This document shows, one piece after another, positions 28,999-37,748 of a stretch of 64,000 bases of DNA. The DNA lies in contig JBDHZC010000001.1 of assembly GCA_039811685.1 (NCBI GenBank), positions 32,001-96,000 of the forward strand. Reading direction: 5' to 3'. The DNA comes from Armatimonadota bacterium (GTDB taxonomy: Bacteria > Armatimonadota > UBA5829 > DSUL01). How positions within the stretch are numbered: position 1 is the first letter of the stretch; each line of letters begins with the position of its first letter. The position numbers were made by a program, and so were the translations under genes. The notes beneath the pieces are model-generated. The model saw only the letters and a list, made by a program, of their open reading frames with translations, was not told the DNA's origin and did not search any database.

Positions 28999-30231
28999 CT
29001 ACCCTTGGGCAACGCTCAGGCGTGCCGCCATCTCGATAGCCCGGGCCAACTCCGGAAGATTCGCCGCGACCTGGCACACCAGCACCGTCAGCGCTAGAGC
29101 TCTGCTGATTCTGGACAGTCTGGTATGCTCACTCAGAGCAGCGATGACAATCAGCGCTGGAACGAAGTGCAGGCTGTAAAGGACCGTCTCACTACCGTAT
29201 ACCGAGTGTAGAGCCAGATTGAACGCCAGGATAAACCCGGCACTGAGGCGCAGTGCCCGTTGACTTGGCATTCTCAAGAGCGCTGCGATGCCTATCGTCA
29301 GCAATGCCACCCAGGCTAGCGCTCCTATAGCTCCAATCACACTACTCGGGAGAAAAGTCTGAGCAGTCATCTCACCCGGCGCAGCCGTGCCTACTTTCGC
29401 CAGCATGATCGAGTTCACCAGGGCAGTGTAGAGGGCAAGCGCGACGGATTGGACATCGATCTGGCGCAGAAAACTGCGCTCAGCGCCCAGATGCCAGAAC
29501 ATTCGGTTGTCGGGCAGAAGAATGCCCTGGAGTACGGCAAGTCCGATTCCAGCCGCCATCCCAGAAAACACAATCGTTATCGCTTTGCGGCGAGGCCACG
29601 ACAGCAGAGTTGCCCCTGCGGCGCCGAACCAGTTGGTGATAGTAATGCCAAATGCGAGCGCGCCAACTGCGATGAACGCGCCAGCGCTCCATCTCTTATG
29701 GCTGACAGAGGCGGCTGCCAGCAGGGCCAGCAAGACGGAAATAGACCCCGCCACGTAAGTCTCCACGATTCCGCAGTACAGCAAGTTTGCCGAACTCAGA
29801 AGTCCGATAGCTGTGTAGAGACCGGCGGACGCCGTCCGGCAGCCCGATCGTCTGAGGAGCAGGAATAGCAGCGCGCCCCACAGAGCAGCGAGTATATTCA
29901 TCAGGCAGGCGGCAGCCTGGAGCGGCGTCAAGCGCAGGCTGGCGCCGATTGCCATCACCGCCGGGGCGCCGAGCAGTGCAAAAAACGGATGCACGTTCGC
30001 CCGCACATGCCCAAGTCCGGGGTTTACCAGGTCATTGATCACTCGGTTAATATCTGCCTGAAACCAGATATCGTTGTAGTTAGCGAGCTTAAGCGGCGCC
30101 TGGATGTGAAAGATCAGAGCGCTGAGCGACGCTCCGGCAATGGCAGCCAGGGTCAAAGCAGTGATGTCCGCAGGCGCAACGCGCTGCTGCGGCGATGTCT
30201 GACTGAATGCCTTGCAGATGTCGATGGACAC
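28999..30231 (-). CDS. Polytopic membrane protein (possibly GT-C-like); start uncertain
   Basis: About 10 hydrophobic helices, loop 'NDIWFQAD', 'HPFF'; the longer ORF to 30564 overlaps the next gene, so GTG 30231 was chosen. Confidence 0.65.
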   Translation of the reverse strand: MSIDICKAFSQTSPQQRVAPADITALTLAAIAGASLSALIFHIQAPLKLANYNDIWFQADINRVINDLVNPGLGHVRANVHPFFALLGAPAVMAIGASLRLTPLQAAACLMNILAALWGALLFLLLRRSGCRTASAGLYTAIGLLSSANLLYCGIVETYVAGSISVLLALLAAASVSHKRWSAGAFIAVGALAFGITITNWFGAAGATLLSWPRRKAITIVFSGMAAGIGLAVLQGILLPDNRMFWHLGAERSFLRQIDVQSVALALYTALVNSIMLAKVGTAAPGEMTAQTFLPSSVIGAIGALAWVALLTIGIAALLRMPSQRALRLSAGFILAFNLALHSVYGSETVLYSLHFVPALIVIAALSEHTRLSRISRALALTVLVCQVAANLPELARAIEMAARLSVAQG

Positions 30232-30442
30232 TCTTTGTGATCGTTGGGTTCTTGACAAATGGAGCAAAATGCCGGACGATAATGGGTGAAAACGGACGCT
30301 GAGGTGGTATGCCCGGCGTCGGTCAACACATGAACATTGATTCCTCAGACCCTGATATAGACCCCCATAGTAATTACTCCGCCGCTGGTCGCCGTCCTCT
30401 GGATGTGTGGTGCAGGCGCCGGCCGGCCGATGAGGGCAGCCC

Positions 30443-31768
30443 ATGTTAGCATCGATGCTTGTTGTGGTGTTGCTCACACTCGTGACAGCGCTGTATGTCG
30501 CGGCTGAATTTGCTTTTGTGGGTCTGCGCCGGACAAAAGTTGACGAGCTGGCCTCCGAAGGCAACCGGTGGGCCGCAATGCTCCGCCCTATCGTAAGCGA
30601 TCCTCACAGACTGGATGCCTACATTGCCGCATGCCAGGTTGGAATTACGCTCACTGGCCTTATCGTCGGCGCTGTCGGCCAGAGCGCTTTTGGGGACCCT
30701 CTTGGCCGGAGCTTGCAGAGCATTGGATTTGAGCCGCACTCAGCAAGAGCCACCGCCGCGCTTCTCGTTCTGCTTGGGCTCGTGGCTTTTCAGGTGATTG
30801 TTGGGGAATTGTTGCCAAAGGGTATCGCCGTGCGCTATCCCTCTGAAGTAGCAAGCGCAACAGTGCTGCCGATGCGCTTTTCGCTGAGGCTTCTTTTCTT
30901 CTTTATATGGCTGTTGAATGGCAGCTCGAACGCAATTCTCCGGCTCCTCAGGGTACCTTCCAGCGGCCGCAGACATGTACACGGAGCTGAGGAGATTGAT
31001 CTGCTGGTGACCGAAAGCCATGAAGGCGGAATGTTGGAGGAGAAAGAGCGGAAACGCATGCATAACGTCTTTCGCCTGGCTGAGAGGCGTGTGCGCGACG
31101 TGATGATCCCTCGCATACGCGTCTTTGCCGTAAGTGTGGACGCCACTGTCCCTGAACTGATCAACATCGCCACTGAATCGGCGTATACGCGCATTCCGGT
31201 CTACGAAGACAGCGTCGATCACATCCTTGGAGTGGTTCATATCAAAGACTTGCTGGCCGCTAGCGCTAGAGACTCTGAAAGCTTGCGACTGCGCGATCTG
31301 ATCCGAGAGATGCCTCACGTCCTTGAGAGTATGTCCATCAAAGGGCTGTTTTCAGACATGCGGGCGCGGCGCATTCAGATGTCTCTGGTCGTGGATGAAT
31401 ATGGCGGGACTGCAGGTATCGTGACGCTGGAGGACCTCCTGGAAGAGGTCATTGGAGACATTCCGGATGAGTACGAGAAGGCGTCAGACGTCCAGGCGTC
31501 TCAATTGGATGCGCTGCACTGGCGCGTTCCAGGCTCCATGACCATCCAGAGCTTCAACGAACGGTTTGGCGTCGATATAGACTATCCCAACGCGAGCACT
31601 CTCAACGGGCTTGTCATGGGACTCCTTGGGAAGATGCCTCAGCTTGACGACTGTGTCGAGGTGGAAAATTGTAGGTTTGAAGTGGCGGCTGTGGACGGAT
31701 ATGCGGTGCAGTGGATAGTCGTGACACTGCCTGAGCGGTCATCTCAGGAGTCTGAGGCTGATGAGTGA
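30443..31768 (+). CDS. CNNM/hemolysin-like (TlyC/CorC) protein: DUF21 + CBS pair + CorC domain
   Basis: 'AAEFA', 'QVGIT', 'GELLPK', 'VDEYGGTAGIVTLEDLLEE'. Confidence 0.93.
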   Translation: MLASMLVVVLLTLVTALYVAAEFAFVGLRRTKVDELASEGNRWAAMLRPIVSDPHRLDAYIAACQVGITLTGLIVGAVGQSAFGDPLGRSLQSIGFEPHSARATAALLVLLGLVAFQVIVGELLPKGIAVRYPSEVASATVLPMRFSLRLLFFFIWLLNGSSNAILRLLRVPSSGRRHVHGAEEIDLLVTESHEGGMLEEKERKRMHNVFRLAERRVRDVMIPRIRVFAVSVDATVPELINIATESAYTRIPVYEDSVDHILGVVHIKDLLAASARDSESLRLRDLIREMPHVLESMSIKGLFSDMRARRIQMSLVVDEYGGTAGIVTLEDLLEEVIGDIPDEYEKASDVQASQLDALHWRVPGSMTIQSFNERFGVDIDYPNASTLNGLVMGLLGKMPQLDDCVEVENCRFEVAAVDGYAVQWIVVTLPERSSQESEADE

Positions 31769-33107
31769 CGTGATTCTGCCTCTGATTCTCATAGCGCTGC
31801 TCGTGCTCTTCAACGGTTTGTTCGTCGCTTCAGAGTTTGCCATCCTCGCGGCGCCGCGCGCCCGAATGGAGTACCTCGCTGAGCAGGGAAATCGAGCGGC
31901 CCGCGCCATGCATCGGGTGCAGGACGACCAGCGCCTTCAAGACGCTTATATCGCAACTGCTCAAATCGGTATCAGCGCCGCGAGCGTGGGACTGGGTATG
32001 TATGCGGAGCACAAAGTCGCTGACTGGATTTTGCCGCTCTTGCATCACATGGGTTGGTTCCAGGTTGCTGCGGCGCATTCGGTCGCGACTGTCGTTGCTA
32101 TCTCGGTGCTGACTTATTTTCATGTAGTCATTGGAGAGATGGCGCCAAAGTCGCTCGCTCTGTTCTTTCCTGAGCAGACGGCTCTGATGGTGAGTCTGCC
32201 GATGAGCTGGACACAGCGGCTTCTCTATCCGCTCGTTGCCCTACTCAATGGTATCGGCAACCTGCTGCTGCGAGCGCTGCGGATTCCCTCGGCAACCGGC
32301 TTCGCACACGTTCATTCCCCCGAAGAGCTGGAAATGATCGTTGAAGAAAGCCACGAAACGGGAGTACTGGGTGAAGAAGAGAGTGAGATTCTCGTTAATT
32401 TGCTGCACTTCAGTGACCTGCAAGTGCGCAAAGTGATGGTTCCTCGCACCAGTGTTGTGGGAATAGAATACGACAGCCCCGTGCCAGAAATTGTGAAGAC
32501 GGTGATTGAGTCGCGCCACACGCGCTACCCCGTGTGTCAGGATGGACTGGATCACATCGTCGGCATTCTGCACGTGAAGGAGCTTTTCAGAGAGATTCAC
32601 CGGAACGCTGACAACCCGTCAATTGACCGCATGCTGCGCAAACCTGTCTTTGTTCCGGAACAGATGACAGTGGAGGATCTACTGGTGGAGTTTCGCAATC
32701 ACCACTCGCAGGTGGCGGTCGTGATTGACGAGTACGGTGGCACAAGCGGTCTGGTTTCTCTGGAGGATGTCCTCGAGGAGATATTTGGTGAGGTGCAGGA
32801 TGAGTTTGACGAAGAGTCACCGACCCTTCAGATAATCGACACGCGCAGCGCATCCGTGGATGGGCGGCTGAGACTGGATGAGTTTACGGAAGAGTTCGGA
32901 CTTGATCTGGAGCGTCCGGACGTTGATACGATCGGTGGCCTGGTACAAGCAGAGTTGGGCAGACCGGCTATCGTCGGTGACTCAGTGACGGTGCAGGGGG
33001 CTCAGCTTGTGGTGACCGAGCTGGAAGGTCTGGCCGTTGGAAAGCTCTACGTTCTTCTTCCAGACGATTCCATGGATGACCCGGGATCTAGCGACCAAGG
33101 GCGATAA
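31761..33107 (+). CDS. Second CNNM/hemolysin-like protein
   Basis: 'NGLFVASEFA', 'GEMAPKS', 'DEYGGTSGLVSLEDVLEE'. Confidence 0.93.
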   Translation: MSDVILPLILIALLVLFNGLFVASEFAILAAPRARMEYLAEQGNRAARAMHRVQDDQRLQDAYIATAQIGISAASVGLGMYAEHKVADWILPLLHHMGWFQVAAAHSVATVVAISVLTYFHVVIGEMAPKSLALFFPEQTALMVSLPMSWTQRLLYPLVALLNGIGNLLLRALRIPSATGFAHVHSPEELEMIVEESHETGVLGEEESEILVNLLHFSDLQVRKVMVPRTSVVGIEYDSPVPEIVKTVIESRHTRYPVCQDGLDHIVGILHVKELFREIHRNADNPSIDRMLRKPVFVPEQMTVEDLLVEFRNHHSQVAVVIDEYGGTSGLVSLEDVLEEIFGEVQDEFDEESPTLQIIDTRSASVDGRLRLDEFTEEFGLDLERPDVDTIGGLVQAELGRPAIVGDSVTVQGAQLVVTELEGLAVGKLYVLLPDDSMDDPGSSDQGR

Positions 33108-33223
33108 CAGGTGGAAAAAACCGGAACAAATCTGCGTCTGATACAGTCAGCACAGTGTTATGGCGTCGAGTGCGCTAAGCAGTTCTGAACGCCGACATTT
33201 TGGTTGAAGCTCTGGCAAACGTT

Positions 33224-33254
33224 AGCCCGGAGAAGCGCTTAGCTTCTCCGGGCT
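33224..33254. terminator. Probable terminator hairpin between convergent operons
   Basis: Perfect 13-bp stem AGCCCGGAGAAGC-GCTTA-GCTTCTCCGGGCT. Confidence 0.65.
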
Positions 33255-33301
33255 GTCTCGTCTTGGAATACGGCAAATCTCGGGAACTGAACGCGGAAAG
33301 G

Positions 33302-34300
33302 CTAGTTTTTCGCTGAGACGGAACGCCTGATGACAGGCACTGTCAGCGCAACGATTTGCGCGTCTCTATCTGTCAGGTCACCGACAACTGCCACACACAT
33401 GTCACCGCGCTGAACGCCAGCGACTGTATCCCCGTCCAGACTGCCTGACGTGCAGTTTTTGCCGAACAGTTCCGTAAGGCCTGCCGCGTGGCATTTGTGC
33501 TTCGGATCGCTGGTTTCGAAAACCGTAAACGACCCGACTCCGTCAGAATACCTCAGCGCCGCAGACTGCATCCCGCACGCGCACGGACAGTCGTGGATGC
33601 CGTAACCTACAAGCTGGAAGCCGTCGGGAATTGTTCGGGGTTGCTTTGGAGTAAACTCTACAATCTTCTCCACCTGCTGCAGAGTCAGCGGGAATCTCTT
33701 TTTCTTCTTTGGGCTTATCGGTGGCGGAGAGTTTGCGGGTGCGCCGGGGCGCAGATCGACTATCCTGGTTTCTGCGATAAGAGTCTGCTTCGCGCTGATT
33801 TTGCGCCACCCTAGCGCCAGATGAGTCTGTCGGTCGATCCAGACCGTCAGCTCAGGCCGATTGGGAATGCGCGACCTGAGAATCAGTACGTCCGCCTCCC
33901 GGCCCGCAATGTCAGCTACTCCGGCGTAGACTGGAACGTAGTTTTTGCGCAACAGCCTCTCACGGTCTGCGCCCCGTCCTCCGGGGATAATTCCTCGCGG
34001 CCGTGCTGCATTGTTGTAGTCTATCTTCTTGCCGTCAGGAAGCGTCCCCGAGACTCTCAATCGTCCGTCTGATCCGTCAGCTTTGCTTGCCGGCCACTGC
34101 GCAATCTGAAGTTTGACTTCTTTGATCTCTCCGTTACTGGGGATCTTCGTTACTGCCACCGCACTGTAGCCGAGGTTAGAAGGCTGACGCACGGCTACGT
34201 CCACAAGCCGTAGCGCAACTTGCCGCGAGCGCTCCATGCGCACTGTGAACACGCCGCCAAATACCACGGCTAGCAAAGCTGCCCAAAGCCCAATTCGCAA
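33302..34300 (-). CDS. MucB/RseB-like sigma-E regulator (start uncertain, up to 34375)
   Basis: N-terminal TM/signal, 'VWIDRQT', 'LRYSDGVGSFTVFE'; downstream of the anti-sigma gene. Confidence 0.72.
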   Translation of the reverse strand: MRIGLWAALLAVVFGGVFTVRMERSRQVALRLVDVAVRQPSNLGYSAVAVTKIPSNGEIKEVKLQIAQWPASKADGSDGRLRVSGTLPDGKKIDYNNAARPRGIIPGGRGADRERLLRKNYVPVYAGVADIAGREADVLILRSRIPNRPELTVWIDRQTHLALGWRKISAKQTLIAETRIVDLRPGAPANSPPPISPKKKKRFPLTLQQVEKIVEFTPKQPRTIPDGFQLVGYGIHDCPCACGMQSAALRYSDGVGSFTVFETSDPKHKCHAAGLTELFGKNCTSGSLDGDTVAGVQRGDMCVAVVGDLTDRDAQIVALTVPVIRRSVSAKN

Positions 34301-34301
34301 T

Positions 34302-34844
34302 CTACCTGATATGGTTGGGTTCTCCTCGTCCAGACGATGTAGAGGAACTGGCTTCCTCAGTCGCCAACGCAGCAACCACTACGCGAGACACTCGATCGTG
34401 AAGGCTCGTCTGCGCTCCAACGTCCTCGTGTCCGGCAATGTAGGCGCTACCGTAACGCGCTGTGTTGACTGGCGCCGTATAGCTGGAAGGATAGGGCTTC
34501 TGGTTCACTGGGACCAGAAAAGCAGCGATTGTAACCGCTATTGCAGAGGCCGCCAGGCCCGCTCGATGCCAGGCAGATGGGAGGAACTGGTGAATCCAAC
34601 TGTGGGTAGATGGCGAGCTTCGCATGGCTATTCGCCGCTGCACTTCAGGCCAGAGATCCGGAGTAGATGATACACTCAGGTGCGCAGCAAGCTGCCTGTC
34701 GAGCCCCTCAGAAATCTCAAGCTCGCGAGCGCAGGCACGGCAAGCAGAAACATGCTCACGTAACTCTTTTGCCTGCTCGGCGCTCAGAGTCTGATCGATA
34801 TACTCAAACAACAGTGCTGAAGCTTTTTGACAATCCATCATCAA
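34302..34844 (-). CDS. zf-HC2 (ZAS) anti-sigma factor
   Basis: 'HVSACRAC' HxxxCxxC motif plus one TM helix. Confidence 0.88.
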   Translation of the reverse strand: MMMDCQKASALLFEYIDQTLSAEQAKELREHVSACRACARELEISEGLDRQLAAHLSVSSTPDLWPEVQRRIAMRSSPSTHSWIHQFLPSAWHRAGLAASAIAVTIAAFLVPVNQKPYPSSYTAPVNTARYGSAYIAGHEDVGAQTSLHDRVSRVVVAALATEEASSSTSSGRGEPNHIR

Positions 34845-34862
34845 ATACCAGCCGAAATCCCC

Positions 34863-35531
34863 TCAGTCAATATCTACCTGCATGTACTCCGCCAGCGCAA
34901 TCTTCAGCGCGTCTCGAGCCCTCGCGAGCCTTGATTTGACCGTCCCCTCTCTCACCTTCAGGATGTCCGCAATCTCATCCACACTCTTATGGTTTAGATA
35001 AAAGAGTATAATTGTCTCCCGCTGCCAGTCCGGCAGAGCCTGGATAGCGTCAGATATCTCTTCGCGCAACTCTGAGTCCATGACCTGGCTCAAAGGCTCT
35101 GCGGAGACGTCCGGAGTTTGAACCGCAAGATTCTCCGACCCATCGACCTGATCGTCGTAAGAGAATGTCTTGCGCGATGCTCTCCTGCGTCCAAGGTCTC
35201 TGCACAGGTTCAGCGCAACGCGGCTGAGCCACGGGAGCACGTGAGAGCCGGATTCAATCCTTCGAAATGCTTCGTAAGCTCGCGCAAAGGTCTCCGCCGT
35301 CACATCCTCGGCGTCCGTGGCAGAACGGGTGAGGCGCACACTCAGGGAGTATATGCGCTTCACATACTTCTGATACAGCTCTTCGAAAGCGCGTTCGTCG
35401 CCGCCTTTCCATCGCTGCAGAAGACGTCCATCTTCGACTGACCGCACAGCTCTGTCGCGCTCTTCGCGAGACCGCGGTTGCTCATCCGGATCTGTTCTAT
35501 TCCGGACGCGCACGCCCTGTTTCCCTGTCAT
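34863..35531 (-). CDS. ECF sigma-70 factor (real start may be a downstream GTG)
   Basis: 'AFEELY', 'DAEDVTAETF', 'WLSRVALN', 'GTVKSRLARAR'. Confidence 0.95.
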   Translation of the reverse strand: MTGKQGVRVRNRTDPDEQPRSREERDRAVRSVEDGRLLQRWKGGDERAFEELYQKYVKRIYSLSVRLTRSATDAEDVTAETFARAYEAFRRIESGSHVLPWLSRVALNLCRDLGRRRASRKTFSYDDQVDGSENLAVQTPDVSAEPLSQVMDSELREEISDAIQALPDWQRETIILFYLNHKSVDEIADILKVREGTVKSRLARARDALKIALAEYMQVDID

Positions 35532-35556
35532 ACGTCTGAGCGCTCAACCGGTTCCA
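35531..35556 (-). promoter_or_regulatory. Putative autoregulatory ECF promoter
   Basis: TGGAAC-N16-CGTA on the minus strand. Confidence 0.45.
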
Positions 35557-35598
35557 CTTATGCAGATTTGTCATTGTCCTGAGTGTCAAGAGGAAGAC

Positions 35599-36144
35599 TC
35601 AGCGCTGCTTGCCATCGACTCCCAGGTTTTCCATCAACTTCTGATACTGCTTTATCCTCAGCTCCTCAACTGTCTTTTTCTGCTTTTTGGTTAGCATCGC
35701 CTGCGCCTTGGTCCAGTACGACTCGGTGATACTCCTCTTCTCTTTGTAGAGCTTCGCAAACTCGGGGTCTATCGCGCTGATTGTAGCGCCATTCTCTTTT
35801 TCGGGACTGGTGGCGCGGTTTTGGATATTTCCCAGTTTCTGGTCGATTGCTTTCTGCTTTGCCTGTTCCTCATTGACTAGCGTTTGAATCCTTGAGGCTT
35901 GCGTATGTGTAAGCTCCAACGTACGGCTGTTTTCCAGCAGGAAGGACACCTCGGGAGTTGGCCCCTGCTGGCGTCCTGTAGACAGCTTTGCGCTCTGCCC
36001 TTTGCTATGGTCTGCGGGGGGCGGCTGGTGCTCATCAACTCCTCGAATAGCAAACAGCACAGCGATCATCACGAGGGCGATAAGAGTGCCAGGCCCAAAG
36101 AAAAACGGTGGCCTGCGAGTTGGGTTAGTGGGACCAGAGCTCAT
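35599..36144 (-). CDS. Membrane-anchored helical protein, Spy/CpxP-like
   Basis: TM helix, 'LELTHTQ' and 'MLTKKQ' LTxxQ-like motifs. Confidence 0.55.
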   Translation of the reverse strand: MSSGPTNPTRRPPFFFGPGTLIALVMIAVLFAIRGVDEHQPPPADHSKGQSAKLSTGRQQGPTPEVSFLLENSRTLELTHTQASRIQTLVNEEQAKQKAIDQKLGNIQNRATSPEKENGATISAIDPEFAKLYKEKRSITESYWTKAQAMLTKKQKKTVEELRIKQYQKLMENLGVDGKQR

Positions 36145-36582
36145 ATCCTTATTCCGGGTATCCTTTCGGTGGGTCTCTTTTATCCTAAGTCTTTGACGGC
36201 ACTTTCAGGGAATATGCTGCCAAATGGAAAGTTTTGCACGCCCGGCCTTCTTCAAGCCAGCCGCAGTTCAGGATACGGATCTGAAATTGTCCTGTCCAGC
36301 GGACGTGTTTTTCCAGGAATACCTGGAACCACTCTGTATGTGCTGCCGTAGATAGTGGTGGGAGGCAGGCCTGGCGCCACTGATGACCTTGGCAAAAGGT
36401 AATCAGTGAGGGTTTCGGATGAGTCCGCGTACTGATTCGAAAGCTCATGACGTCTTAGGTCTGTAACCTGAAGACTGTTTCCAGAAGAAGACACGAGCCC
36501 AGGGATGGGTATGAATCCGCGATCTTTGGGTTCCGTGTAATACCCGCTTCTGGATTGGCAGAAGTATTAGAAAGGGGTACGC

Positions 36583-36918
36583 GTGGACACTGTTTCATCC
36601 GCTATTACTGAAGTGCCTGCTACGGAGACCGTGAATCCAATGGACGGGTCGGTCGTCGTGCATCCAGCGGGTCCACTTGACCGCAGTGGTGCGGTTCGTT
36701 TGACACTCCAACTGATCGCTCGTCTGGCGCGTGGCTGCAAGAGGATAATCCTCGACTTCAAAAAAGTCCCGTATATCGACAGTGACGGAATTCGCGCGTT
36801 GCTGAAAGTCATGCAGCAGCATACGGATGTTCCTTTTGAAGTTCACAATGCCAACCAGCGCATTCAGCGCATACTGACACTCACCAGAGTTACGGACAAA
36901 CTCCTTTTGAAGACCTGA
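36583..36918 (+). CDS. STAS domain anti-sigma antagonist
   Basis: 'LDFKKVPYIDSDGIRALL'. Confidence 0.85.
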   Translation: MDTVSSAITEVPATETVNPMDGSVVVHPAGPLDRSGAVRLTLQLIARLARGCKRIILDFKKVPYIDSDGIRALLKVMQQHTDVPFEVHNANQRIQRILTLTRVTDKLLLKT

Positions 36919-36989
36919 GATGCCTCATCACGCAAGTGCGCAGGTGGGCGACGCCGGCCTGAGGTAGAATGCGCTGGTGAGAGTCACTG

Positions 36990-37727
36990 ATGCATGATTG
37001 TGGTCAATTCACCGCTGCCCGCGCGCATGGTTGGCGACGACGTGGGTTCACACTGATTGAGCTCCTCGTCGTTATCGCGATCACTGCAATTCTGGCTGCG
37101 ATTCTATTTCCGGTTTACGGCGCTGCCCGCCGGAAGGCCTCCGTGACCGCGTGTCTTTCAAACCTGAAGCAGCTTAGCACTGCACTGCGCATGTATGTGG
37201 ATGACGCTGGAGGGCGGTATCCCTGGAATGCCGGACCGAGGTTTTCCCCATCACAGGTGGCAGATATCGGCCTTCCCCGCGATGATCCATCGGACAAATC
37301 GAACCGCCTCGACGGTGCGCCTGTGCGGCGTCTCCTCCACCCGTACGTGCGCTCGGGTGCTGTCTGGTATTGCCCGGCGCTCCCTCTGCGCTCTGCGCGC
37401 ACCATGGAGAGCGGCTCTCTTCTTCCCGGAGAAGAGGACCCGAAAGGGGAGGGCGTTGCGACAGATTATCAGGTGAACCCCTACGTATTTGTGAACTCTA
37501 TCCCCTATGCCAGGCTGTCGGGGGTTCAAAGCGAGCGGCCGCACGCCGGGCCGGTTTTGGAATCGGACGTTATACTTCCGGAGAAGCTGCGCATTTTTCA
37601 GGACTTTTGGAACCAGACGGGCGGTGTGCATAGTGGCGGAGTCAACACGGCCCGGGCCGATGGTTCGGCAGCATGGCAGAAAGCGCAGATCGGCATCACG
37701 AACATCGTCTGGTGGGCGCAGCAGTAA
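36990..37727 (+). CDS. Prepilin N-methylation domain protein (DUF1559/H-X9-DG type)
   Basis: '[13 protein letters not shown]', 'CLSNLKQL', '[12 protein letters not shown]'. Confidence 0.9.
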   Translation: MHDCGQFTAARAHGWRRRGFTLIELLVVIAITAILAAILFPVYGAARRKASVTACLSNLKQLSTALRMYVDDAGGRYPWNAGPRFSPSQVADIGLPRDDPSDKSNRLDGAPVRRLLHPYVRSGAVWYCPALPLRSARTMESGSLLPGEEDPKGEGVATDYQVNPYVFVNSIPYARLSGVQSERPHAGPVLESDVILPEKLRIFQDFWNQTGGVHSGGVNTARADGSAAWQKAQIGITNIVWWAQQ

Positions 37728-37748
37728 AGCATTGGTAGAGGGAGGCGG

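Noticed and set aside
30232..30564. N-terminal extension of the 28999..30564 ORF
   Set aside because: It overlaps the divergent CNNM gene and its promoter and does not look protein-like
36378..36445. CTGATGA and CGAAA suggesting a hammerhead ribozyme
   Set aside because: CTGATGA lies inside a hairpin not followed by GAAA; the second candidate reads CGGATGA and stems I/III cannot be built
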